Origin: Squalus acanthias | Taxonomy: Eukaryota | Direction of reading: 5' to 3' | NCBI GenBank assembly: GCA_030390025.1 | Contig: CM059432.1 | Coordinates: 77,192,001-77,256,000 of the forward strand | Length of the DNA: 64,000 nt | Shown here: positions 25,831-36,893 of the stretch, in pieces | Position numbering within the stretch: position 1 is the stretch's first letter | Layout of the letters: the number at the start of each line of letters is the position of its first letter | Notes under the pieces: model-generated | Databases searched by the model: none | The model's input: only the letters and a program-made list of their open reading frames with translations | What the model was told of the DNA's origin: nothing | Translations under genes and position numbers: made by a program

Positions 25831-26860
25831 GTTTTTTTTTTATTCGTTCCTGGGATGTTGGTGTTGCTGGTAAGGCCTGCATTTATTGCCCATCCCTAAT
25901 TGCCCTCGAGAAGGTGATGGTGAGTCACCTTCTTGAACCGCTGCAGTCCATGAGGTGAAGGTACTCCCATAGTGCTGTTAGAGAGGAAGTTCCAGGATTT
26001 TGACCCAGCGATGATGAAGGATCGGCAATATATTTCCAAGTCAAGATGGTGTGTGACTTGGAGGGGAACTTGGAGGTGGTGGTGTTCCCATGCGTTTGCT
26101 GCCCTTGTCCTTCTAGGTGGTAGAGGTCACGGGTTTGGGAAGTGCTGTCAAAGCAGCTTTGGCGAGTTGCTGCAGTGCATCTTGTAGGTGGTACACACTG
26201 CAGTCATGGTACGCCCGTGGTGAAGGGAGTGAATGTTTAAGGTGATGAATGGGGTGCCAATCAAGCGGGCTGCTTTGTCCTGGATGGTGTCGAGCTTTTT
26301 GAGTGTTGTTGGAGCTACACTCATCCAGGCAAGTGGAGAGTATTCCATCACACTCCTGACTTGTGTCTTGTAGATGGTGGAAAGGCTTTGGGGAGTCAGG
26401 AGGTAAGACACTCAGCACAGAATACCCAGCCTCTGACCTGCTCTTGTTGCCACAGTATTTATGTGGCTGGTTCAGTTACATTTCTGATCAACAGTGACCC
26501 CCAGGATGTTGATGGAGGGGGATTCGGCAATGGTATTGCCGTTGAATGTGAGTGGTTTGACTCTCGCTTGTTGGACCTAGTCATTGTCTGGCACTTGTGT
26601 GGCGCAAATGTTACTTGCCACTTATCAGCCCAAGCCTGAATGTCGTCCAGGTCTTGTTGCATGCGGGCATGGACTGCTTCATTATCTGAGGAGTTGCGAA
26701 TAGAACTGAACACAGTGCAATCATCAGCGAACATCCCCACTTCTGACCTTATGATGGAGGGAAGGTCATTGATGAAGCAGCTGAAGACGGTTGGGCCTAG
26801 GACACAGCCCTGAGGAACTCCTGCAGTGATGTCCTGGGGCTGAGATGATTGGCCTCCAAC
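25831..26860 (-). mobile_element. LINE 3' fragment (RT C-terminus, poly(A) tail) inserted in the Copia element
   Basis: MFADDCTVF, QQDLDDIQAWADKWQVTF, YKTQVRSVMEY, LDTIQDKAARLI; T-run at 25831-25841 is the minus-strand poly(A). Confidence 0.9.
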
Positions 26861-27253
26861 AGATTGGTTATAATGTTATCTTCATTCACTAAGTAGTGAT
26901 GATTGACACAAGGTTAAGGAACATAAAAGTACGACATGCTTTAGGTTTGGAGATGACAACACTTTGAGGTCACTCAGGAGTGGTAATTCCAGGTAAGATA
27001 GCTGGAGTAAGCCATTGTACAGATGTAGTCTTCTGAGATACCTATGCTATTGAGTAAACCTTCCATGAAAAAGGCACAAATGAACTTGACATGGAATATG
27101 ATAAGACAATTATTTTTGGGAAAATTAGTTGATCTGCAATTTACCCAGTCAGGACATTATTGTATCCCCTTAACATAACCTGATGTTTCTCATCAGAGTG
27201 TTAGGCAAGTATTAATGGCATCAGGTGATAAGGATAAGAGGGAAAAAAACATT

Positions 27254-27964
27254 GGGCCGGATATTCCGATCCCTACGGGTGGGTACGCGCTGTGTACACA
27301 CCCGTAGGGACATCGGAAATGCCGGTTTCAGGCATGCCAAGCGCATGCGCTGAAAACCGGCATTTCCAATCTGTCAAGAATGCTCTTGACAGATCGGACG
27401 CCTGTCCTGGAGAAGGGCCTTCGCGGGCAGAGAGTTCCGCTTTCTGGAGACCCTCCGCCTGCAGAAAACCCTGCTTTTACCAGGATGAGTTGGAAAAAAA
27501 GTAAAAAAAAAAAAAAATTCACTCATTTAATCATTTAAAAATACTTTAAAAAAGGTAAGTTTATTTTTAGCCCTGTAAAATACTTTAATTTTTTTCAAAA
27601 AAAAAAAATTTTTGTTTAAAATATTTAATTTATTGTAATTTCAACTAATTTTAAAAAGGTGATTTAAAAAAAAAATTATTTAAAGTTTTACTATGTTTTT
27701 GGGGTGATCTCCATTCATATATTTGACAGGTCTATCTGTATGAAGGGAGATTCCCTTCTTCTATTGGCTCCCCATGGCCCACATGATCCCAGGGACGCTG
27801 CGAACTGCATGCGCCTCTGGGATACGTGGGCCCTGCGCACTTGGCGTTTGGAGAGGCCCAGGATCAGAAGTGTCTGGACCTCGGGAGCCCTCAGGTATGT
27901 TCGTAGATTTTTCCAGATGAGAGGCTTCCGCACGCAGGAGGCTTCCGATCGGAAAATACGGCCC
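27254..27964. mobile_element. MITE (Harbinger-like) inserted just upstream of the Copia integrase HHCC region
   Basis: TIR gggccggatattccgatc / gatcggaaaatacggccc; flanks att/aat; removing it rejoins the pol sequence. Confidence 0.75.
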
Positions 27965-28441
27965 AATGTCTTAAAGTTACATAGACAATTTGCCCACCCT
28001 ACTAGTCAACATTTAAAATTCCTGCTAAAAGATGCAGGTATAGTTGATGAGGTGTATGCAAGGATAATAGAAGAGATTAGCGAGAACTGTGAAATCTCTA
28101 ACAAGTATAGAAGGACGCTCCCACGTCCTTTTGCAGGTCTTTCATTGGCACGTGACTTTAACGAGGTAGTTGCCATGGATCTAAAGTTATGGGACAAAGA
28201 CAGAAATGTTTTCATCTTACATTTTATTGACCTGAATACGAGATTTAGTATTTCTACATTAATATATAGTAAGGAGAAGGTTATTATCGATAAAATTATT
28301 GAAAAATGGATAGGGACTGGACTTGGGACACTAGCAAAGTTTTTGACCGATAATGGAGGTGAATTCGCTAATGAGGAGTTCAGAGATATGTGTGAACATA
28401 TGAATATCATTGTCGTGACTACAGCAGCTGAGAGTCCTTTT

Positions 28442-28640
28442 AGGACAGAAATTGTGGTTCATGCTGGAAACAATGACATGGGGAAGAATAGGTTACAAAT
28501 CCTGCAAAAAGCGATCCAGGAGTTAGGTCATAGATTAATAAGCAGGACCCCAAAGATACTAATCTCAGGATTACTACTATTGCCACAAGATAGCTAGTAG
28601 AGGAACAGCCAGATTTAGGGAGGCGAATCCACGGCTAGGG
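28442..28640 (+). mobile_element. CR1 ORF1 SGNH-esterase fragment
   Basis: IVVHAGNNDMGK...QELGHRLISRTPKILISGLL matches the VVHxGTND...ISGLLP esterase block of CR1 ORF1. Confidence 0.7.
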
Positions 28641-29424
28641 ATTTGGGCTGCACAAATCTGCAGGCCATCGATCCCGGCAAAACTGCTGGAATCCACGCAC
28701 CAGTGGCCAAAGTATGTGGCGTCAGGGGGCGGTCACTTAATTTAAATATTCTGGGCAGGCACCCGCACCGGTAAAAGAACATCTCAGGCACTCGCCTGCC
28801 GAAGGATTATTTATTAGACCCCTAAATAACGGGACCTAACAAAAAAATCTTTTGCCATCTTCATGGTCCAAGCCATGACTTAGGTCTGGATCAATAGCTG
28901 GGCCCCACTTTCAGCAAATGTTGGGACAACAGGACTGCTCTCACGCAGCACCTCAATCTGCAGCTCTTCCGCCAGGCCAGGTACGAGGTTGAGGGAGAAG
29001 CCGCATGGCAGTGGGCCAGGTTATTTTTGTGGAGCCTGGGAGGAGCACGCCTGCTCGTCCTGGTCCCACAAAAATAAGTAAGTACTTACCTTCGGGCTCC
29101 TCTTCAGCTGGACAGTGAACTGATAACTGGGTGAGTGCGTGCTGCCCAGTTGAGTACTGAAATAGTATCAGGGTCCCAATAACATTATTAACGATGCTAT
29201 TTTAGCACTTGCTTCAGATGGCTGCCCATTTCGAGGACCCTAGCAAAAAGGCAACGAACACATCGACAGTAGGAAGTTCTTCCCTGCAATTTTTGGAGCG
29301 CTAACACCTTGTTTCCACCAGGCAGGAGGCCTCAATCTCCCCCAGTGGCTCATACGGAAAAACTAGCAAAGACTTGATGGGCCAATGGATTATTTCTGTG
29401 CTGTAACATTCTATAGTTATTTGT

Positions 29425-29585
29425 CTGATTTGCTGTTTGTGGGACCTTGCTGTACACACATTTGGTTTTCATGTTTGCCTACTTGACAACACTGACTGCA
29501 AAAATAATTCATCGATTGTGAAGCGCATTAGGATGTCCTGAGGATGTGATAAAGGTGCTATATAAATGCAAGTTCTTTCTTTCTA
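29425..29585 (+). mobile_element. DeuSINE-type 3' fragment
   Basis: Similar to 36370-36527, ending gtgctatataaatgcaagttctttctttct. Confidence 0.65.
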
Positions 29586-29851
29586 ACTCATTTCATCTGA
29601 AGTTTTTAAAAAGAAATTAGCCAGAGGTAGCACAGTTGGTTCCCTCCCCCCCCAAAAAATGTTGTTAATCAAGATCACAAACCAGTAGATAATGAGACAA
29701 TAAAAGGTGGGAACTGCCAAGAAGGTATTATAGGAATGTTAAAACCTTTTCAATAACACGGATATAAAAAAAAATCAAAGCACTTTTTATATTCACAGAA
29801 ACACATGGTAAATAGATGCCACTTGCAGATGTACTGTTAACACTTGCATAC

Positions 29852-29927
29852 TTATTTTCAGAAATGGGCCGCTTCTTATATTCTGGAAAGAGTTTTTTTA
29901 TATCTGCAATATTTTCAAGATGGAATT
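29852..29927 (-). CDS. Candidate 76-nt internal coding exon of an unidentified host gene ((E)FHLENIADIKKLFPEYKKRPISEN)
   Basis: Minus-strand acceptor ctttgtttcAG and donor GTatgc; only one frame open; lies in non-repetitive-looking DNA; protein not recognised. Confidence 0.3.
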
Positions 29928-30519
29928 CTGAAACAAAGTTGACGTTCACTGTCAAAATGCAATTAATGCATATGCTACCTGCGTTTCTTTCAAAAGAATG
30001 AATTTAATTGACTAATAAATATTATCTCTAGCATACTGATCCCAAGATTTATTCATAGTAGTTATGTGTAATATGATAAGATTGGGATGCATCTCATGAA
30101 GTGTTCTATAAAACAAGCAACTAGTTCGCTAGTTAGCAACTAGGAGGTGGGTACTCGAGAAGCAATTACAAAATAATTCGGAAAAAAGATGCATGATGTT
30201 GCTGCAGTTAATGTGAAGTCAAAGGGTGCGACTATAACAACATACTGCAAAGTAGTTTCTAGTTCACAGTGATGCTCAAGTTGGAGTCACAACCCAATCT
30301 GGCTCCAAAAAGCAGTGCGAGAGCCCCTGGAGGGGCTAGTCTCACACTGCTTGGGTTTGACAATGTATGGAGTAGCTGCAGTACAGTGTCGTGTGTGTGT
30401 GTGTTTTCACGTATCTGCCAACCTCTCTCCGGGGCAGGGGAACTGAAATTTCAGCCATGCAGTATAAATGATATATTGCTTGGCCACAACCCATATTGCA
30501 GCTACCAATCTCACACCCT

Positions 30520-31565
30520 GAATCCCTTTGAGCCCATTTTCTCCCTGGACACAGCATTGAAACTGCCCTGGTCAAAGTCACCAATGACATCCTTTGCACA
30601 TTATCCCTCCTTGAGCTCTCCACGACATTCAACACAATTGACTAATCCAGCCTTCAGCACTTAATTAGTGCAAAGTAGGGAACCAAAGAATATGGGGATA
30701 GTGCAGGAAAGTGGAGTTGAGGTAGAAGATCAGCCATGATCTTATTGAATGGTGGAGCAGGCTCGAAGGGCCTATTCCTGCTCCTATTTCTTATGTTCTT
30801 GTGTAGTGCCACCTCTCTGCTACGTTGTACATATCTGTAGGAATGCCCCTGCATCGTACAATTGCTACTTATCCCACCCAAGCTAGTACATCTCCAAAAA
30901 TGGCTTCTTTTCCCACCCCCACATAGTCACTGCTGGATTACCCATGGAGTACCAGAAGGTACCATTCTTGGCCTGCTCCTTTTCCTCATTTACCTGTTGA
31001 CTCTCAGCAATATTATCTGTAGACATGGGCAGATCCAGACACACACTGTTAACACCCAAGCTCGACCTCTCTACCAACACCACCACCGCCAGCTTGCATT
31101 TATATAGCGCCTTTAACGCAGTAAAATATCCCAAAGCACTTCACAGGAGAGTTACCAAACAAAATTTGACACCGAGCCACCTAAGGTGGTATTAGGACAG
31201 ATGACCAAAAGCTTGGTTAAAGAGGTAAATTTTAAGGAGCATCTTAAAAGGAGGAGAGAGAGGGAGGGATTTCCAGAGTTTAGGGCCTAGGCAGCTGAAG
31301 ACACAGCCGGTAAGGGTGGAGTGATAAAAATTGGTGATGCACAAGAGGCCAGAATTGGAGGAGCGCAGATATCTCAAAGGCTTTCAGGGCCGAATGAGAC
31401 TACAGAGATAGGGAGGGGGCGAGGTCATGGAAGGATTTGAAAACAAGGATGAGAATTTTAAAATTGAGGCGGTACCAGTCCGGGAGCCAATGTACAGGGG
31501 TGATGTGTGAGGGTTTTGGTGAGAGTTAAGATATGGGCAGCAGAGTTTTGGAATGAGCACAAGTT
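30520..31565. mobile_element. Cluster of old L2 fragments (+ 30520-31075, - 31076-31565) with a CR1 3' end at ~30680-30800
   Basis: GVPEGTILGLLLFLIYL; L2 tail gcatttatatagcgcc; CR1 tail cctgctcctatttcttatgttctt. Confidence 0.7.
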
Positions 31566-33339
31566 TATGGGCGAAAAATTCCGTATTGACCATTTTGGGG
31601 CACTAACATCGCCTGGCTGCTAACTTTAGTGCCGGCGACCGCAAAATTCAGTTTTAGCGCCCCACGAGGGAAGTGGAGCGCTATATCAAGCTCTACGCTC
31701 TCCTCTTAGGGCGCTAACGTCGGAGAGCACGACTCAAGTTCCGGCGCTGTCATTTACAAGCACTCAGACAGACCGGCGCCTTTCAGTTCTTAAAGGGGAG
31801 GTTCAATCATGCTGCACAGCCTCACTCTGATCATTGCTGCTTGTGACCTGGGCCTGCAGGCCAAGCTTGCTCATAACAGGAGGGAGCAGCCACGCAAGGG
31901 AGGAGGTCAGGCAGAGCTGCACCCCCTTACAGACCTGAAGGAGCGAGTGCACAGAATCATTGCAGAATCATTGGTGCTGTGGCAGTCGGAGACGTCGACC
32001 CCCTTGGGGACAACAACGGAATGTTCATCACCACCCGCTCTTCTCTCATACCACTTCCCCCTCACAACACAAGCCCTTCTCACTTTCCATCTAAATATAC
32101 TGTCTCTATTCCTTGCTCCCTTCCTGCCCCCCTCCCCCGACATTAAACCCACTCTTGTGCCTTTATGCGTTTAGATAGTGAGCCACCAGCTGACCAGCCT
32201 GTCCCTCAGCCTCCCAGTGGCAGCGACGCGGGAGATTAGGAGAAACAAGAAGCCAGAGCCTCACTGCCTGTGTCTCCTGAGGACGAGAGGTCTGATACGG
32301 TCACTGGAGGGGAACCTAGGATATGGCTCTGATGTGGGTGAAGCTCTGCGACCCAGCGAGCTGCAGCAACGCCACGGGGAAAGGGAAGCTCGGGGGCCAT
32401 CGAGCCCATCCTTGGCAGTTTGCAAAGAATGATTGCCTTGCAGAAACACCGTGGGGACACAGACTTTATGCCGCGTGTCATGGGTGAGGTGGCAGCAGCT
32501 ATTGCAGCCCAGGCCAAAGCAACGCAACAGCTTAGTGCTGTAATGGAGTCATTGGTTGGTGGCATCCAGTCTCAGACTGCTCTCATGCAGTATCAGATTG
32601 ATGCCACGCAAGCTCTGACTGCTGCCCACAGTCCACTGGGGATCTCACGGTGCCACAGCAGGCCAGCAATCTGTGCTCGAGCAGATTGCTCCGGATGCTG
32701 AGGGTATGCCCCGGGGGAGTGGCAGTGTGTCGATCGAGCAGGAAGGTGCTGTCCTCTCACGATTTGCTGCCACCACTGCCACTCCGCCATTGCACTTGCC
32801 GCAGCCTGTAACCCAGCCAGCCCAGACTGCTGCCGCCTATGCTGAGGTGTTGCAGTCTGCAGCCGGGCCTTCCAGGCCCAGAGGTGGCCGAGGGCATCCT
32901 GCAAGGCCATCTGCAGTCTCTGGCTCCCAGACTCAGCAGCCTTCCACCAGCCTTGCTGCAACCACTGGAGCCACATTACGGAGAAGCAGTAGGGTTGGGA
33001 GGGGGGAATTGCAAAGGGGAGGGAAATAATTGAGGAAGGGCGAGTATATAATACGTTATTAGCAAATGGGGGGAGTGTGTGTAAATAGTTTGATGTGCTT
33101 GTAAATAATATTTTGTTGAGTTTGGTAACAAATAGTTCAGTTTGCTAAGAACCAGTTGTGTTTGTTGATAAATTGTTGTGTTTGTTTATTATTGGTTGTG
33201 TTTCATAAGAGAGAGTAGTGCACAATATTAAATTTTTATTTCTACATAGCACATTTTGTGATGTTTCTCATTCGACCTTTGCCCGGTGATGGGGGCTGCG
33301 AGCTGGCTGTAATGATGTGGTTGTTCTGCACAAAGCCCA

Positions 33340-34680
33340 TGTGCTATCTCATTTATTGGAACGCTGTGTAATGAGGCGATCACGAACGGCCCTTGCAGAA
33401 GCAAGATTGAGTGCCTCCCTCCTACGTTACTGCTGCTCCTCCTCCTCCGGCCCCTCTTCCTCCTCCTGCCCGTCTTCCTGCTCCTGAGGTGGACCTGCAA
33501 TCCCTGTTGGCAATGGCTGGGCCCTCAGAATGACCAGGTTGTGCAGCATGCAGCACACAACAATGAAAAGGGAGACTCAATCAGGGGAGTATTGCAGGGC
33601 TCCTCCAAAGCGGTCAAGGCAGGGGAGCCGTTGCTTTAGCACCCAGACAGTCTGTTCGATCAGGTTCCTGGTGGTGCTATGGCTGTCGTTGTATGCGTGT
33701 TGAGCAGGAGTGTTGGGTTGCGGAGGGGTGTCATCAGCCAGGTGGCGAGTGGATAACCCTAGTCTCCGAGCAGCCAGCCGGGAGCTTCATGTGGTGGGTG
33801 GAACAGTGCTGGGACACCAGTCTATCGCAGGATGAATGCATCGTGGCTGCTGCCAGGATAGTGGGCATTGAGGGCGAGGATGAGCTGTCTGTGGTCGCAC
33901 ACCAACTGGAGTGGTAGCCTTTGTGGTTACGGAACATCTCTGCATTGTGATGAGGTGCCCGCAATGCCACATGCGTGCAGTCAATGGCGCCCTGAACCAT
34001 GGGGAAGCCCGCTATCCTTGCAAAGCCACATGAGCGTTCATCTATTGTAAATCTATTTCATTTCCTGCTTTTTTCCAGTTCTGACGAAAGGTCTTCGACC
34101 TGAAACGTTAACTCTGTTTCTCTCTCCACGGATGCTGCCTGGCCTGCTAGTTTTTCCAGCGTTTTCTGTTGTTATTTCGGATTTCCAGCATCCGCAGTAT
34201 TTTGCTATCGTATGAGCGTTCATCCTGTTTCTCCCTGGTCATGGGGAGTGAGATGTACTCCCTTCTCCTTCTGTACAGAGCATCTGTCACCTCCTAGATG
34301 CAGCAATGGATGGCGAACTGCAAAATGTTTGCAATATCCCCTGCTGAAGCCTGGAAGGAGCCGCTGGCGTAGAAATTGAGAGCGACTATGACCTTCACTG
34401 CCACTGAGAAAGATGTCCTGGTCCTGATCTGAGGCTGGAGGTCTGGCTGCAGGAGGTGGCAAACCTCTGTGACCACCTCCTTGCTGAAGTGGAGCCTTCT
34501 AAGGCAATGCTCTTTTGACAGATGAATGTAGGAGAACTGCTTCCAGAATACCCTGGGAGGGTAAGGTCTACTGTTGAGAGCCCTGTTGTCCCTCCTCCCT
34601 CTGGCCACGTTTTCCAATCTTTCGCTTTGCCTCCGACAGTGAAGCTGAAGGGCGAGGTCCAGTGACAGTACAGCTCCCAT
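33340..34680 (-). pseudogene. HARBI1-type DDE transposase pseudogene
   Basis: ALNFYASGSFQ, VQGAIDCTHVAL, YPGSSHD, WLLGD*GYP, TRNLIEQT..LKQR; frameshifts, stops and a Penelope-like insertion. Confidence 0.9.
34043..34211 (+). mobile_element. Penelope-like pLTR (family 2) inserted in the Harbinger transposase
   Basis: 13-bp TSD atgagcgttcatc (34030-34042 and 34212-34224); intact hammerhead agtt-CTGACGA-a-aggtc(ttc)gacct-GAA-ACGT-T-aact. Confidence 0.85.
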
Positions 34681-35118
34681 TAAATGTTGCAGTATCAAAT
34701 GTAACACAAATGAAACTGAAATTTTTCTCAGGAACAAAAGTCCTTCAAGTAGGAAAAGCTCAAATCAGTCAAACCGCCTGTCTGCTTCTGTCAAACTGAC
34801 AAGGCAGCATTATTTGCCGACTAAAAAAAAACTGAAGTGCACGCCTTTAAATAGAGCTCCTCCAGTTCTCAACCAACTGCAAACCGCCTCCTCTACCCAT
34901 CGTTCCTAACGGCAGGCGCTGAGGCAGGAGGCGTGAGAATCAATTTCTGGTCCGGGGTGCTACGCCGCCGGATGATGTCACGATCTCCGGCCGCAGGCGG
35001 GCGTGGGGACAGTGGTTAGCGCCGCCGCAAACCGGCAGGTGAATTTCACCAGTGGCACCAACATTGCCGTGCTCGGGCGGTAAGTAGTTTGCACCCCCTG
35101 GAGGTGCTAAGGTACCTA

Positions 35119-36014
35119 GGGGGAGAAATTCAGTATCGCCCCATTTGGGGCGCAATTATCGGCCGGGCGCAAAGATTAGCGCCTGGCGCTAATTATCGCC
35201 ACCGACTGCAAACTTGACTTTTATCGCTCCTGGAGGTGATTGGAGCGCTAAATCAGGTGCTACACATCTGTCTTAAGGCGCAAAGGCCGAGGAGCGAGGT
35301 GCTAACTCAGAGCGCTGGCGAAGCTCATGAGATGTCAGTCAGCAATGGAACATAGACACAATGGCGCAGGCCAGTTCTTAAAGGGGAGGGTTGATCTTGC
35401 TTTCCATCCCCATCCTGCTCATTGCAGCCTTGAATCTCGGCCTGGAGAGACCTGCACATCAAATCTGCTGGAAAGAACAATGGAGAGTACCAGGGAAAGA
35501 GCTCAGAGTGCAGCCCCCACAGTCTCTTCTAAATCGATACAAGGAAGGGCAAATCAAAATGAACCTGCAAAGTGCTGCTCAGTACCCAAATCTCCTTCAC
35601 ACAGCGTTGAATCTCTCCAGAAGTCTCTCTCTCTCTCTCTCTCAGAATGCGTGGTTCAAAAATGTCACCAACAATAAAAGGCAGGAAGCGGTCGCTTTTA
35701 AATAGCGCTCCCCCAGTCCCTTCCTGACTGCAAAACGCTCCCCTCAACCTGTCGTTGCTAGCGGCAGGCGGTAAGGCAGGAGGCGCCACTCAATATCCGC
35801 TTCGGGGCGATACCGGGGCGTTGCGCACTCAACTGACGTCACGATCTGACGGCGCAGGAGATCGTGACAGTAGTGTTTAGCGTCGCTGCTAAATGTCTAG
35901 TTAATTTCGCGAGCGGCGCAAACATCACCGCGCCCGGGGCGCTAGATGCTTTGCGCCCCATTAGCGCCCTCTTAAGGCGCTAACGGGAGGCGCAAGCAAC
36001 TGAATTTCCCCCCC
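35119..36014 (-). mobile_element. ~900-bp Harbinger MITE, copy 3 (inverted)
   Basis: TIR gggggagaaattcag / ctgaatttccccccc; TSD CTA; reverse complement of copies 1 and 2. Confidence 0.9.
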
Positions 36015-36073
36015 CTAATGTCCACGGGCAGCATGCAGAGCAGCGAGTGGATGAGTATCATCACACAGCGAGT

Positions 36074-36527
36074 GTCAGCTGTGGCTCAGTTGGTAGCACA
36101 CTCGCCTCTGAGTCAGAAGGTTGTGGGTTCAAGTCCCACTCCAGGGGACTTGAGCACATAAAGCCAGGCTGACACTCCAGTACAGTGCTGCACTGTCGGA
36201 GGTGCCGTCTTTCGGATTAGACGTTAAACCCCCGTCTGCTCTCTCAGGTGGACGTAAAAGATCCCATGGCACTATTTCGAGGAAGAGTAGGGGAGTTATC
36301 CCCGGTGTCCTGGCCAATACTTCTCCCTCAACCAACATAACCAAAACCGATTATCTGGTCATTATCACATTGCTGTTAGTGGGAGCTTGCTGTGCGCATA
36401 TTGGGTGCTGCATTTCCCACATTATTACAACAGTGACTCCACTTCAAAAGTTCTTCATTGGCTGTAAAGTGCTTTGAGACGTCCGGTGGTTGTGAAAGGC
36501 GCTATATAAATGCAAGTCTTTCTTTTT
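36074..36527 (+). mobile_element. Full-length tRNA-derived DeuSINE (SacSINE1-like)
   Basis: A box tggctcagttgg, B box ggttcaagtcc; Deu-like core gatcccatggcactattt...ccccggtgtcctggccaa; 3' tail gcgctatataaatgcaagt shared with the local L2. Confidence 0.85.
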
Positions 36528-36893
36528 ATGACGCAAATGTGTGCGCAACGCTGATTTAAAGCCATCGCTGCCATTTTCTAACTGCCCAGTCCAGTCTCAA
36601 CCTCACACAGCTGAACACAACATTAAGCGCAATGAAGGACACGTCATCAGCTCTATTTAAAAGGGATCATGAAGAATCATAGAAATTTACGGCACAGAAG
36701 GAGGCCATTCGACCCATCGTGACTGTGCCGGTTAATTGCTGGATTATTTTTTCTGACTTCTGGTGGAATTGTACACATTTTGGTTTCCTATACTTGGCTG
36801 AAGTTTGAATAATCTACATGGAGTGGCCTGGCTGGTTTTTCAGTACTCTTGTTGGCATATAAAATATTGCGCTGAAAGAAGTTGCTTCGAGAC

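Larger units (their letters stand above)
25088..28441 (+). mobile_element. Disrupted Ty1/Copia (GalEa-like) internal region: gag, protease remnant, integrase
   Basis: gag KQGMALALSLP...MEEYIIDFNKLY...LALKLLD; broken zinc knuckle RCFRCDS; FRFGD...IPMLLSKPSMKK...SGHYCIPL; integrase LHRQFAH...C..., VAMDLK...FLTDNGGEF follows the protease directly (Copia order). Confidence 0.8.
31569..35115. mobile_element. Decayed autonomous-type PIF/Harbinger transposon A
   Basis: Left end gggcgaaaaattcc; Myb-partner exons 2-3 on + (31860-33030); transposase on - (33340-34680); genes convergent. Confidence 0.85.

Noticed and set aside
36074..36150. Apparent tRNA gene
   Set aside because: A and B boxes continue into a SINE body and L2-type tail; it is a SINE head.
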